Below are positions 24,560 to 35,580 of a stretch of 64,000 nucleotides of DNA, one piece after another. Every line of letters starts with the position of its first letter. Positions within the stretch are counted from its first letter, which is position 1. Origin of the DNA: Takakia lepidozioides (lineage: Eukaryota; Plantae; Bryophyta). The stretch covers positions 19,468,001-19,532,000 of the forward strand of contig CM060733.1 in the NCBI GenBank assembly GCA_030704615.1. Reading direction: 5' to 3'. Made by a program: the position numbers and the translations under genes. Under the pieces are notes generated by a model. The model ran no database searches and had not been told where the DNA came from. It was given only the letters and a program-made list of their open reading frames with translations.

Positions 24560-27450
24560 AGTACGGTACTACTTGCAAGTTTTTATTTTTATTTTTATTT
24601 TTTTTGGTCCCATTGACCTTTATAATATGATAGAGTGATTTGGATTTTTTTAATGACATGTTTGTAGAGCCTAAACACTCTTTTATATTTGTTTTTTATC
24701 TAATATACTTTAGCTTAGCCTAAGCCCAATACCCCAAAAATTTCTTTGTAACATTTGAAGCTTGACACCAAAAATTTGCTTTTCTAACTTTTGCATACTA
24801 GAGGGGTTGGAATATTTATTTGAAAGTTTGTATAGGTCCTAAACACTCTCCCATTATTTGCGTCATTCATATCTTTGCTTGTTCTAAACCCTATACCCTA
24901 TAATGTAGTTTCTACGTTTGAAGTTTAATTAATTTTATTTTCCAGCTTATGTATATGATAGAGTCATTGCGATATTTACTTGAAATTTTTTATGTGTTCT
25001 AAACACTATTCCATATTTCTTTTGTACTTGATAGTACTTTTGCTTATCCGAAACCCTAGTATACCCTAAAACCTCATTCAAATCATTTTTCCAGCTTTAG
25101 GTATAATACAATGATTAGATATTACTTGATTGTTCAACATTTTTATATATCCTAAACACTCCTGCATATTTTTATGTGGTTCATAATCTAATTTCTTATA
25201 AACTTTATGCCCCTAAAATCTTATATACCTGTTTGATTCAGCTTGTTAAGAAAGCAAATTTGTACTTTGGGATACAGTGCATTCAAGGTTGGGATGTTTG
25301 ATTGAAAGGTTTTATAGGTTCCATGCACTGTTGTTGTTTTTTTAAAGTTTTTATAAGACCTCGTAGACAAGTCTCTTCCATATTAGTTTTTCATAAGTAC
25401 TTCTGTCCACCTCATATCCATGTTTGAAGCCCAAGCCCCGTTTTTTTTCTTTTCTTTTCTTTTCTTCTGATTATTTCAGCTTTGGGGTACAATAGAGTGG
25501 GGACGTGTTCGGGACATTTGATCGAAACATTTATAGGATTGATTTAGCTCATTAAAATAATTGCTTAGTACTACTTGCAATTTTGTATAAAACTTCCTAA
25601 GCACTTTTCAACCTTTCTTTTACATTGAATAGACTACTAAGACTTTTTTTTGCTAAGCTTTGGGGAAGTTTATAGAAAGGTTGCCCTATTTTTATATGTC
25701 TTAATTTCCACTCTTGTAAATTTATTTGTTGTTGAATCAGTACCAAATTTGCTTACCCTAAACCATAGTACACCTTAAAAATCTTTTTTGATTGTTTGAA
25801 GTTCATTAATTTTTTTTTCTTCAGTCATGAGCATTATGATACAATAGAGTGTCTAGATTTTTGAAATCACATGTTTGTAGGTCCTAAACACTCTTTCATA
25901 TTTGTTTCTTATCTATACTTTAGCTTAATAGCCTAAGCCCAGTACCCCAAAAATAGCTTCTCATTGAACAATATTAGGGTCTTGAATGCCCGCACGTGTG
26001 GTTGCGGCGGGGCCTGCGTGTGGCAGAGGGGTTCAGGAGGGCAGGCGCGCCCCCACCCGGACCCGGCCGGTCCACTGCTGGTTTTAGCCGGCAAGCTAGT
26101 CTGTTGGGGCCCACAAAACATATAATCTAGTCTGCTGGGGCCCACAATATACACATAAATAAACCATTAGTTATTGCAAAGGTTTATAGAAAGTGGTGGG
26201 TAGTGTGGTGGTTAAGAGCAATGGACAATAAACATGAGGTTTGGTGTTTAAATCATGTCAAGTTGTATTGTGGTAGTAATGTGTGTTATTAATTTTTTTT
26301 TTTGTCGAAGGGTCTGCTAGTCCGCTCGTCGGTCTGTTGGAGGGTGTGCCCGGTCTGCTGGAGGTCTGCCGGTCTGCTCGAGGAGGGTCTGCCCAGTCCG
26401 CTCGTCCGTCTGCTGGATGGTCTGCCTATTCGCTAGAAAGTTGGAGTCGGTTTGTTGGAGGCCCAGTCCGCTGGAAGTCCACCGCGGTAGATGCACAAGG
26501 ACTTGGAAAATTTTCAGAATCCGGCCGACCCGGTGAATGGGCGGCGGGCTTATGAGCTCACCCCATGGGCCGTACTGGCGGGGCCCATAGGTGCATTTAA
26601 GATGCTAATATTAAAAAATAAGAGGCCCAAAAAATATCTTTGTAATGTTTGAAGCTCACACAAAAATTATTTTTCTCACTTTGGGGTTGCATACTGGAAT
26701 ATTTAATTGAAAGTTTGTATTGGTCCTAAACACTCTCTTATCATTTATGTCATTCATACTTTTGCTTGTTCCAAATCCTAGTATGCCCTAAAAGCGTAGT
26801 TTCTACGTTTGAGGTTCAATTAGTTTTATTTTCCAGCTTATATGAATGATAGAGTCATTGGGATATTTACTTGAAAATTCTTCTATGTTCTAATTACTCT
26901 TCCCATTTTTTTTTTTGGTACTTGATAGTACTTTTGCTTATCTGAACCTCTATACCCTAAACCGCATTCAAATATTTGAAGTTCATTCAAATCATTTTTC
27001 CAGCTTTGGGTATAAATACAAAGGTTAGATATGACTTGGTTGAATGTTCCTATAGGTCATAAACTTTCATACATATTTTTGTGTGATTCATATTTTTATT
27101 TTTTTTAAATTTTATGCCCCTAAAACCTTATATCAATGTTTGAAGCTCGTTAGAAAAGCAAATTCCTATTTTGGGGTACAACATTTATGTTGAGATATTT
27201 GATTGAAAGTTCTTATAGGTTCCATGCATTTATTTATTTATTTATCCTCCTCATTGATACTTTTTTCTTATCCTAAGCCCTACAATACCTCAAAACCGCA
27301 TATCTCGAAGCGAGTCATTGACAAAGATAAATGTACATTGATAGCTTTGGAGTACATTGATAAATTGCTTTGGAGAAATTATTTTGATTGAAATTTTTTA
27401 GAGATTCCATAGATTCTTCCATATTTTATTAATGTTGATTCAGATTTCTC
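24560..27450. repeat. AT-rich degenerate tandem array (unit about 155-170 bp) with a higher-order duplication, interrupted by a MITE
   Basis: Recurring CCTAAACACT, ATAGAGT and CCAGCTTT motifs at about 24670, 24838, 24999, 25151, 25883 and 26725. Block about 24620-25330 is repeated at about 25830-27230. Confidence 0.75.
25976..26608. mobile_element. Non-autonomous DNA transposon (MITE) related to the MULE at 35.3-40.4 kb
   Basis: GC-rich insert in the AT-rich array. Imperfect TIRs: TAGGGTCTTGAATGCCC on the left and GTGCATTTAAGATGCTA on the right. Subterminal GTCCGCT/GTCTGCT motifs. Confidence 0.65.
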
Positions 27451-28149
27451 ATGTGAGTAAAAAAATAAAAAATAAAAAATGATTTCGATGTACCACTTCG
27501 ATTTTGAATACTTTTCAGTTCGCCTTCCTTTGTATTCATGAATTTATATCCATGGCTGCTCTTTTGAAGGATTCCATTGGATTTGAGATCGACATTTTTT
27601 TTTTATGAAACAAACTATTTATCAAAGTCCGATCTCTATTCTTATAAACTACTAATGTACGCGGAGGCATTTTCAAAAACATATCTTCGTGCGATTGACA
27701 CCCAGTCTTCTCAATGCCGGCCCTATGCGTAGATGTTCTAGTTTCAGTGCTAGGGTGTTTGTGGACGATAGTGCGTATGTATCGGGACAGACTACTTGAC
27801 AACATTATACTTGGTAACGACGTTTCTTCTGCTATAGAGAGAGAGAGAAGAGAGAAGACTCCGGCCAAGGAGACTTCTGCTAATTAATACATATCATTTG
27901 CATTGTCTAATGTATGTCATTCGACTTTGATCATTGATGTCGACGTTTAATGAATTTGGAGTTGAGCAAATTCACTTGAAAGCTAAATTTTGATTCATTG
28001 CTTCATAATATTGTTATTATTTAATTTAATTTAAATGCAACATTATATTAAGTTTTGACCAGATTAAGTCCGAAATTAGTTAAAATTGAGTTCATTTATG
28101 CAAAATGAACATTAGAGTACAAATGAGTTATAACAGTTTAGGTGATGTA

Positions 28150-29080
28150 AAAGTTCACTTGACCAATTTGAAGTTTTTTGGTTAAACTACATGAAACACG
28201 CAATATTTACAAGTGACATGTTGGTGTATACATGTATAATAAATATATTCATGTACTTATATAAACAATCAACATCACGAACAAAAATACTGCAAATGAT
28301 AAATCTAACAACCTATGCTAATTAGGAGGTTATATATAAGGTCTTCTGTTATATGATATATTTATAAATGACCTTCATAATTGGGGTACCTGTAAATTTT
28401 AAAAATAATAATTGAATTGTTAAGCTCTGTATGTATTTATAAATGATGCTATATATTATTTTATATTTGATCTGTCACATCCATGTGATTTTTAACTGAA
28501 AATATTGTATTGCATATCTAATAATACAAAACATTCCAAGTTTTACGAATATAATATTTCAAACATTTTATAAGTGACATGTTATCGTTTGAACTTTGAA
28601 ATATGTTTGTTCATTATTTATTTATTTAAGTACTGAAATGTAAGCATTATATATCTATAAATCCGACATCCTATGCATAGGTTGCTCATAATCTTCTTGA
28701 ATTCATGGGATACACATAAATGAAGTATGTAAGAATGAATATTAAATCATGAAATATTATCTGCATTTTAATATAAAATTATTTATTTTCTTAAATTCGA
28801 CCTCTCACATTCATGTACGGTGATTTTTAATTAAAAATACCTTATTGCACGTCGATGAAATATTCTATTTATAAGAGTTTGTACACATAAATGGTCAATA
28901 TAATAATAGAAGGTACATGTAAGAATGAATACTGAATTGTGATATTTTATCTGCATTTAATAAGGCTGTTATAAAATAGATTTTAATTCGATCTATCACA
29001 TCTTTGTGATTTTTTAATTCAGAATATTTTATTGCATATCTGATAATAATAAAATTCTTAAGTATTACGAATTAACTAGA
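28150..29080. repeat. AT-rich degenerate direct repeats
   Basis: TCACAT..GTGATTTTTAA..AAATA..TATTGCA recurs at about 28475, 28805 and 28995. TTATCTGCATTT recurs at about 28758 and 28947. Confidence 0.6.
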
Positions 29081-29168
29081 AAAGTATAGACTATACGTCC
29101 ACACATATTAGGTCCAATTGTTCTTTAAAATATCATCAAATTATAACGTTATAATCCAACATTCTTAA

Positions 29169-29995
29169 CCCTTAACTTCCTACGCGACCCGTTTCAGGTT
29201 GCGCCGTTTGAATGAACCATCCTAATTTTGCAGATGAATTTTTTACCATTCATTCCTTCTGAGCATTTATAGCGCATGAGGTGGCCCACCTGTTCCAATT
29301 TATTGCATGCCATTTGGAGCATGCATGCGACTTCCAAATTTTTCTGAAGGGACAGGGGTCAAAAAAATTATTGGGTAGAGGGGAGTTGACTTTAGACGTG
29401 GGCCCCCCTCATTGGGCCATTGAAGCATATTAGCAAGGATGCCAACACTATTTGATGCTACCTGACCTATTTGAAATTCGGTTTTCACCTATAGATCCTA
29501 TTGAAAATTTTCCTAGTGCTTATGGGTATTGTAAGACAACCCCTCAGAGGAGGGATTTGTGTAATTATGGTTTTTGGGATGACATGTTTTGGAGGAAAAC
29601 TTCATGCTTGAGGGGTGAATATGTCAACCCTCACCAAAACACATCCAAAGCAGCCTTTGTAGCAAAATGTTGGTTTGATATAAAATTTGGCATGCACTTT
29701 GCATTTGTACTATACATTATGTAAATTTGGGATATCCCTTTTGGAAAATTCAAAAAGCCCCTTTAACATGCCTGGTCAAAGCAAATAAAAGATTTTTCAA
29801 ACCCCCCAAAAAATAAAACGTCTCCAATAAAAAATATAATCTATCAAAGTCAACGGTGAAAATTCCAATTTGGGGAGATGTATGTGTATGGTCAATTTTT
29901 GTGGATGAATGTTGGTGGGTGGGTAGCCTCCAGTTAGTTCCAAGGGGTAGTAATTTTTGAGAGTGAAAAAATTCCATCTTGTAGGAAGTTAAGGG
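29169..29995. mobile_element. piggyBac-like non-autonomous element (827 bp)
   Basis: Perfect 15-bp TIR, CCCTTAACTTCCTAC and GTAGGAAGTTAAGGG, flanked by TTAA at 29165-29168 and 29996-29999. No transposase ORF inside. Confidence 0.8.
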
Positions 29996-31118
29996 TTAAA
30001 GACAATGTCTCATCATATTTGAATTATCCAAATGACATGCATACATGTACATATATGCAAATGTGTACATATACTTGTTTTTATCAAAAATTAGGTTGTG
30101 CCAATATGAACATAGTTGTGCCAACAATTGAGTGCCGCCGCGTTGTTGGCACCATTAAGCTTGTTGGTGCCACGAACCTTGTTGGCGCCACCTACGATGT
30201 TGACGCCCACGTTGTTAACAAGTGGTGTGAACAAGTAGGTTGATTTATCGTCATACGGCATTCCTTACTCTTGAATCTTGCATGCATGCCAGTCTTCCTC
30301 ACTAAGACTGGGGTATGATTCAACAGGTGGTAACTTACCTATTATAGAGCTGGGTTGCAGAAGTTGCATCACAAGGCTATGTATCCCTTGGGCTTGATAG
30401 GCTGGGGAACATTGGGAACACCGGTTAGAAATACTAAGCTCAACGCAGGGAAAGATTACAGTGGGAGTGAAGGCTTGCCAAAATTCTGTCAGGATTACTT
30501 TGCCAATCTTGTAAAGTTGATATTGAAATAAATGCCCAGGCCTGTACAAGTACTGGGGCAAATTAGTATTGCAGAGAAAGTGAACTATCCAATCATACTC
30601 TAGTTTTTCCAACCCAGTAGTTGAAACTTGAAACCTATTGGACTCTACATTCACATAACTCAAAATGTTTTTCTCACCCATATGCACTCAGAACCAAGGT
30701 CCCAACCACCTATATACAGCGATTGAGAGGTGTTCTTGGAAGCTTTTCTGTAAAGCAACTTACCGGCTCAAGCTGGATTCAAATGGCAAGGTTTTGGTAA
30801 TGCTGCTTTCTTGTCTTTGTGTAAAGAACTCTGTGGAGACCCACCAGTACCTACGCCCTTCATTCTGCGTCTCATTGTGCCCAACTCATTGTGCCCAATG
30901 TTCCTGGCAATCTGGACTCGATTCCTCTGTCTGCTTCGTGACTCTGCCTTTCAGAAATTTAATCAAGTCGTCTTCATCACCGTGTGGAGCCCACAGAAAG
31001 TATTCAATGACATTATTTCTTCCAACTGCAACTCTTTGCTCAGGAAATAGAATGACAAGTCATGACCTTTTGAGCCCACCTTTGGTGATGCCCGTTTATT
31101 TGTTCCTAGTCATTTGTT

Positions 31119-31574
31119 TTACCAGTAATCTCCACAAGAACAAACCCCATCTTGGAAGTGGTGAAAGTGGTTAACATCCCATACAACCACTGTTCATCCT
31201 ACAAACTTTGATATAAACTTGGTAGTATGTTCTTGATGATGCGGATAGGTGTTCCGCGTGGAATGTGATGAGCCTGAAAGTAATAGTCAGCTTCTTACTG
31301 TGGTGGAAGAGATTATTCCTACTTCCACATCATGGAGTACAAAGTGCATGTCAGGCACATACACATCGCCTTCGACGCCCAGGCAATCTCCTGTGCTCAA
31401 CATGGAGTCCTCCATTGGTGGATACAATTGTCTTCTACACCGGATGTATGTACCTCATTGTGAACCTCAATGTCGTACCCTGGTTCCTTCTGGATACCTG
31501 TCTGCCATCATTTTTCTCGGCTTTGCTTGAGCCTCGCACCTACCAACTGCAGCACAGATGCTCAATAGCAGCGA
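31119..31574 (-). pseudogene. Decayed E2/E+/DYW domain of the adjacent PPR gene
   Basis: After the TAA, broken frames read SLLLSICAAVGR..RKMMADR, YVPDMHFVLHDVE, HHSKKLTITFRLI, TPIRIIKN and TTKFISK..NHFHHFQDGVCSCGDYW*. Confidence 0.9.
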
Positions 31575-33902
31575 TTAAGTTGGAGCATGCTGTGGACCCC
31601 ACTCAAGAAGGCACTTTGCGGCATGTTCTGCTAGTTTCACATCGCCATGAACTCTGCAGGCACCAAGCAAGGCCCCCCACAATGAGGCACCTGGTTCTAT
31701 CGGCATTTTGTTAATGATGTCCTGGGCCTTTTCCAATTGTCCTGCACGGCCGAAAAGGTCTACCATGCAGCTAAAATGCTCCACTGTAGGAGTAACGTCA
31801 TGAACTCGACTCATCGAATCAAAGTAGTACCGGCCTTCTTCCACTAGGCCCCCATGGCTGCATGCAGAGAGAAGACACGTGAAGGTGATACCGTCCAGCT
31901 TTATGCCATCCTGTTGCATTTGCTCAAATAACTTCAGGGCCTCTCGACCACAACCAGTCCGAGCATATCCTGCAATCATTGCATTCCATGTGACCACATT
32001 TCGCAGAGTCATATTGTTGAACACTTCATGTGCATCCTTCATGCTTCCAGATTTGGCATACATATCAGCAAGGGCAGTCTCCAGAATGATATCAGGTGAA
32101 ATTCCAGCTTTGATGATGTCAGCATGGACACCTTTGCCCTTTTCCAGGGCTGCAAGAGTGGCACACGCACTGAGAACGTAAATGAATGTTACACTGTCGG
32201 GCTGCACCCCTTCCCATTGCATTTGTACATACATCTCAAAAGCCTCCCTACCACAACCATGCTGGGCATATCCTGCAATGATGGAGCTCCATGAGACCGC
32301 ATCTCGTTGAGCCATGTTGTCAAACACCATACGCGCCTCCTTCATGCTTCCGCATTTGGAATACATGTTAGCAAGGGCAGTCTCAAGAAGGCCATCTGGC
32401 TCAATTCCAGCTTTGATGAACCCAGCATGGACCTCCTTGCCCTTTTCAAGAGCTCCTAGGCTGGCACATGCATTCAGGATGCAAGTGACTGTCACCCTGT
32501 CTGGAGTCAACCCTTTCTGTATCATTTGCTCATACATATCCAAAGCCTCCCCACCACACCCATGCTGAGCATATCCTGCAATGATTGTGCTCCATGAGAC
32601 CACATCTCTTTGATTCATACTTTTGAACACTTCACGCGCTTCCTTCATGCCCCCGCATTTGGCATACACATCAACAAGGGTATTTTCCAGATTCACACAT
32701 GATGGGATTCCAGCTTTGATGATATCAGCATGGACCTCTTTGCCCTTTGCTAGGGCACCCAGACTGGCACACGCATTGAGAACGCAAATGAACGTGATCC
32801 TGTCGGGTCTCACACCTTCCCGTTGCAATTGCTCATAGATATCCAAAGCCTCCCTGCCACACCCATGCTGAGCATATCCAGCAATCATTGCACTCCATGA
32901 GACCACATTTTGTTTAGCCATATTGTTGAAAATTTGACATGCATCCTTCATGCTTCCACATTTTGCATACATGTCAACAAGGGCAGTCTCCAGAATAATA
33001 TCTGGCTTAATTCCAGATGTGATGAAGTCGGCATGGACCTCCTTGCCCTTTTCTAGGACTGCCAGGTTGGCACACGCATTGAGAACACAAATGAAAGTAA
33101 CTCGGTTGGGAGTCACCCCTTCCCATATCATTTGCTGATACATGCCAAAAGCCTCCTTACCACACCCACAGTGAGCATAAGCAGCAATCATGGCACTCCA
33201 TGAGACCACATTTCGATGAGCCATGTTGTCAAACACTTGACGTGCATCCCTTATGCTCCCACACTTGGCATACATGTCAACAAGCGCAGTCTCCAGAATA
33301 ATATCCAGCTCAATCCCAGCATTGATGATGTCAGCATGGATCTCTTTGCCCTTTCTTAGCATTCCTAGGAGAACGCATGCCTTGAGAACGCAAATGAATG
33401 TGACTCTGTTAGGCATCACCCCATCTTCTATCATCTGCTCGTAGATCTGGAAAGCCTCCCTAGCACACCCATGCTTTGCATACCCTGCCATCATTATGGT
33501 ACGCGCCAACACATCTCGTTCAGGCATTTTGTCAAACACTTTGCGCGCATTCACAACACTCCCGCATTTGGCATACATGTTCATAAGAGTGCTCAGTAGA
33601 AATATATTTGGCTTGATACCACTTTGGAACATGTGGACATGCACGTTCTTTCCCCTTTCAAGATCTTTAGTTTTGATGCACTGCTGCAAGAGACAGAGAT
33701 AGATATTTGAGTCTACAGAAATGCCTCCTTGGTTTAAAATGTGCAGTGCCTCTTTCAGTCGACCTGCCTGACAGAGTGTCCTCACATCCCAACAGGTGTC
33801 AGAAGACTGGTTGGCTCCCTCTTCTGATCCTCTTCCAGACACACTGGTCATGGTGAAGTTTCCTGCAGGTTCAAACAACTGTCCCTGATTCAAACCTGCC
33901 AT
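31575..33902 (-). CDS. PLS-class pentatricopeptide repeat protein (organellar RNA-editing factor type), truncated in the E region
   Basis: 775-aa ORF with five highly similar P1-L1-S1 triplets of about 101 aa, then P2-L2-S2 (LLSACSHGGLVEEG..HFSCMVDLFGRAG) and E1 (WGALLGACRVHG). A splice acceptor immediately upstream of the ATG suggests an additional 5' exon. Confidence 0.9.
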   Translation of the reverse strand: MAGLNQGQLFEPAGNFTMTSVSGRGSEEGANQSSDTCWDVRTLCQAGRLKEALHILNQGGISVDSNIYLCLLQQCIKTKDLERGKNVHVHMFQSGIKPNIFLLSTLMNMYAKCGSVVNARKVFDKMPERDVLARTIMMAGYAKHGCAREAFQIYEQMIEDGVMPNRVTFICVLKACVLLGMLRKGKEIHADIINAGIELDIILETALVDMYAKCGSIRDARQVFDNMAHRNVVSWSAMIAAYAHCGCGKEAFGMYQQMIWEGVTPNRVTFICVLNACANLAVLEKGKEVHADFITSGIKPDIILETALVDMYAKCGSMKDACQIFNNMAKQNVVSWSAMIAGYAQHGCGREALDIYEQLQREGVRPDRITFICVLNACASLGALAKGKEVHADIIKAGIPSCVNLENTLVDVYAKCGGMKEAREVFKSMNQRDVVSWSTIIAGYAQHGCGGEALDMYEQMIQKGLTPDRVTVTCILNACASLGALEKGKEVHAGFIKAGIEPDGLLETALANMYSKCGSMKEARMVFDNMAQRDAVSWSSIIAGYAQHGCGREAFEMYVQMQWEGVQPDSVTFIYVLSACATLAALEKGKGVHADIIKAGISPDIILETALADMYAKSGSMKDAHEVFNNMTLRNVVTWNAMIAGYARTGCGREALKLFEQMQQDGIKLDGITFTCLLSACSHGGLVEEGRYYFDSMSRVHDVTPTVEHFSCMVDLFGRAGQLEKAQDIINKMPIEPGASLWGALLGACRVHGDVKLAEHAAKCLLEWGPQHAPT

Positions 33903-34164
33903 CCTGCATGACTAATAACTCTTTGTTAAGCTATATCCAAGCTCCTCAATACTTCTCCACGAGGGACAATTTTTGCTATATATCAAGCCTGCAAACTACT
34001 GCTGTTATCTACTTTCAAGAGTGTATTGTATGTTTTTTTAAGTTGGAACGTCAAATCATCATCAGAACAGTACCTGTTGTATGCTCGACCTGGAGCTCTA
34101 TGATGCACACTGACATTAGAAGCATCACCGGATTGTACTCCACCTTGCATTGCTAGCTCTGCTT

Positions 34165-35062
34165 TCACCCAAGGAGGGGGCACTGTGAGCAATCCGGACC
34201 ATAGAACAAGCCTGGCTAGTTGTGGAATTTTTTGTGCATTTGGCATGGATGCCCAGAAAGGAATTGCATTAAGTACAGCAATCCCCTGCACCAAAGGCGG
34301 CGACATCGCTGCAAGGTAGGTGCCCATGTGTCCCCCCAGCGAGTTCCCTACCACATACTGATTCACCAATCACCTACATTTTTCCCACATAGAAGGGTAC
34401 CAGTATTGTCAACAATGGCTCCAATAAAGTCAGTTGTCAAGACACTACAACGAAAAAGAAAACGAAATAGAAGACTCAAGGCACTGAAAAATGACCTCGT
34501 CTACAAAGTTGTGAATTTGATCGCACCAACTGATGGGTCGAAACCCCCAATCTCGTGTCTTCATATGAGCCTGTGCAGTCTCCTGCAGTGGAGCTGGATC
34601 ATCCGTTGGCCAGGACTGACCTTGCCCAAGAAAATCAACCGCCTACACTCTAAAATCTTGTCCAAGATCTCGCTCATAATGCAAAGACCCAACCACAAAA
34701 CATGAAAAAGGTAGTAAAGCTGGCACTGCCCTTATGTTCTGGGCGCCAGCTTGCTCAAGTGAACTTGCCATATGTGTCTCCGTTCCCACATATGGCTACA
34801 TATTTGGGATCCTCCTGCGTCTCCATCCAGCCATCCCTTGAGGCGCAGAACCCTGGGTCTCCATCCCCTAGAGGTTGGATTTCAATATCCTGACCCTTGA
34901 AAGATCCCTGTGTATCCAGTGTCTCAACGAAACCACTGGTATTTTCATCCACACTATCTGCAGTTTCAAAACCCACCAATGTGGAATCAATCCAACACGT
35001 AATCCCATCCTGGTCCACTCTTACATGGTTTGATGTGTTCCAACCTTTTTGATGTTCCAACC
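34165..35062 (-). pseudogene. PPH: Pheophytinase-like alpha/beta-hydrolase fragment with a retained intron
   Basis: Reads RDLGQDFRV*AVDFLGQGQSWP, then DQIHNFVDE, an intron, VIGES, and YVVGNSLGG..GIAVLNAIPFW (nucleophile GxSxG plus the PPH-type LNATPFW motif). Contains frameshifts and stops; the C-terminal half is absent. Confidence 0.8.
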
Positions 35063-35065
35063 TTG

Positions 35066-35297
35066 CCCTAATTGATGTGATTTTTCAGCTATTGTTGGGT
35101 TGAGGCCTTTCGGAGGAGAACAAAGCTAATTCATTTACTTCAATCACATTCTCTCTCTCTCTTTCTACTCCTCCATAAGCCCATCCTGCCCTGACACATT
35201 ATATGACAAGCGTGCAGATCCAGCGAGTTCAGTGGGTTTGCTGAGAGACTGATCCGAGTATTACAGTTGGCGGCAGTTGCCGATTGATTCATCGGTA
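35066..35297 (+). repeat. Inverted duplicate of an intron+exon segment (17258-17490) of the ZMYND15-like gene
   Basis: Near-identical to the reverse complement of 17258-17490, e.g. GACAAGCGTGCAGATCCAGCGAGTTCAGTGGGT..GAGTATTACAGTTGGCGGCAGTTGCCGAT. Confidence 0.93.
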
Positions 35298-35580
35298 CCC
35301 AGGTCAGAACTTACAGCAGTGAGAATTCCGTCATGCATAGATCGACATTCAACGAAAAATGGCCTAAAGCTCCCAAAAATCCCATCTACTTTAAACGTCT
35401 TTACGACATTTTCACTGAGGAAGACCCGACAGCTCACCGTCTGGTATAGCGCTGGATTACATGGAGTCTGCTCCCTCACCCCTTGGGCAGGTGTGCCATT
35501 TCCTCTTTCAGCACTGTTGTTTATGTTTTAGCACATTGTGAAATTGGGCTAATTTGCCATTTTGCTCGGTATCCTCACAG

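Noticed and set aside
24490-27860. Helitron boundaries around the AT-rich array (hairpins at about 24495-24575, TC-rich start near 27850 on the - strand)
   Set aside because: No convincing CTRR terminus at the right distance from a hairpin.
30265-31110. ORFs of 140-169 aa downstream of the PPR gene
   Set aside because: No domain recognised and no consistent exon chain; cannot be supported as a gene.
31879-33702. Series of similar + strand ORFs
   Set aside because: These are antisense shadows of the PPR repeats.
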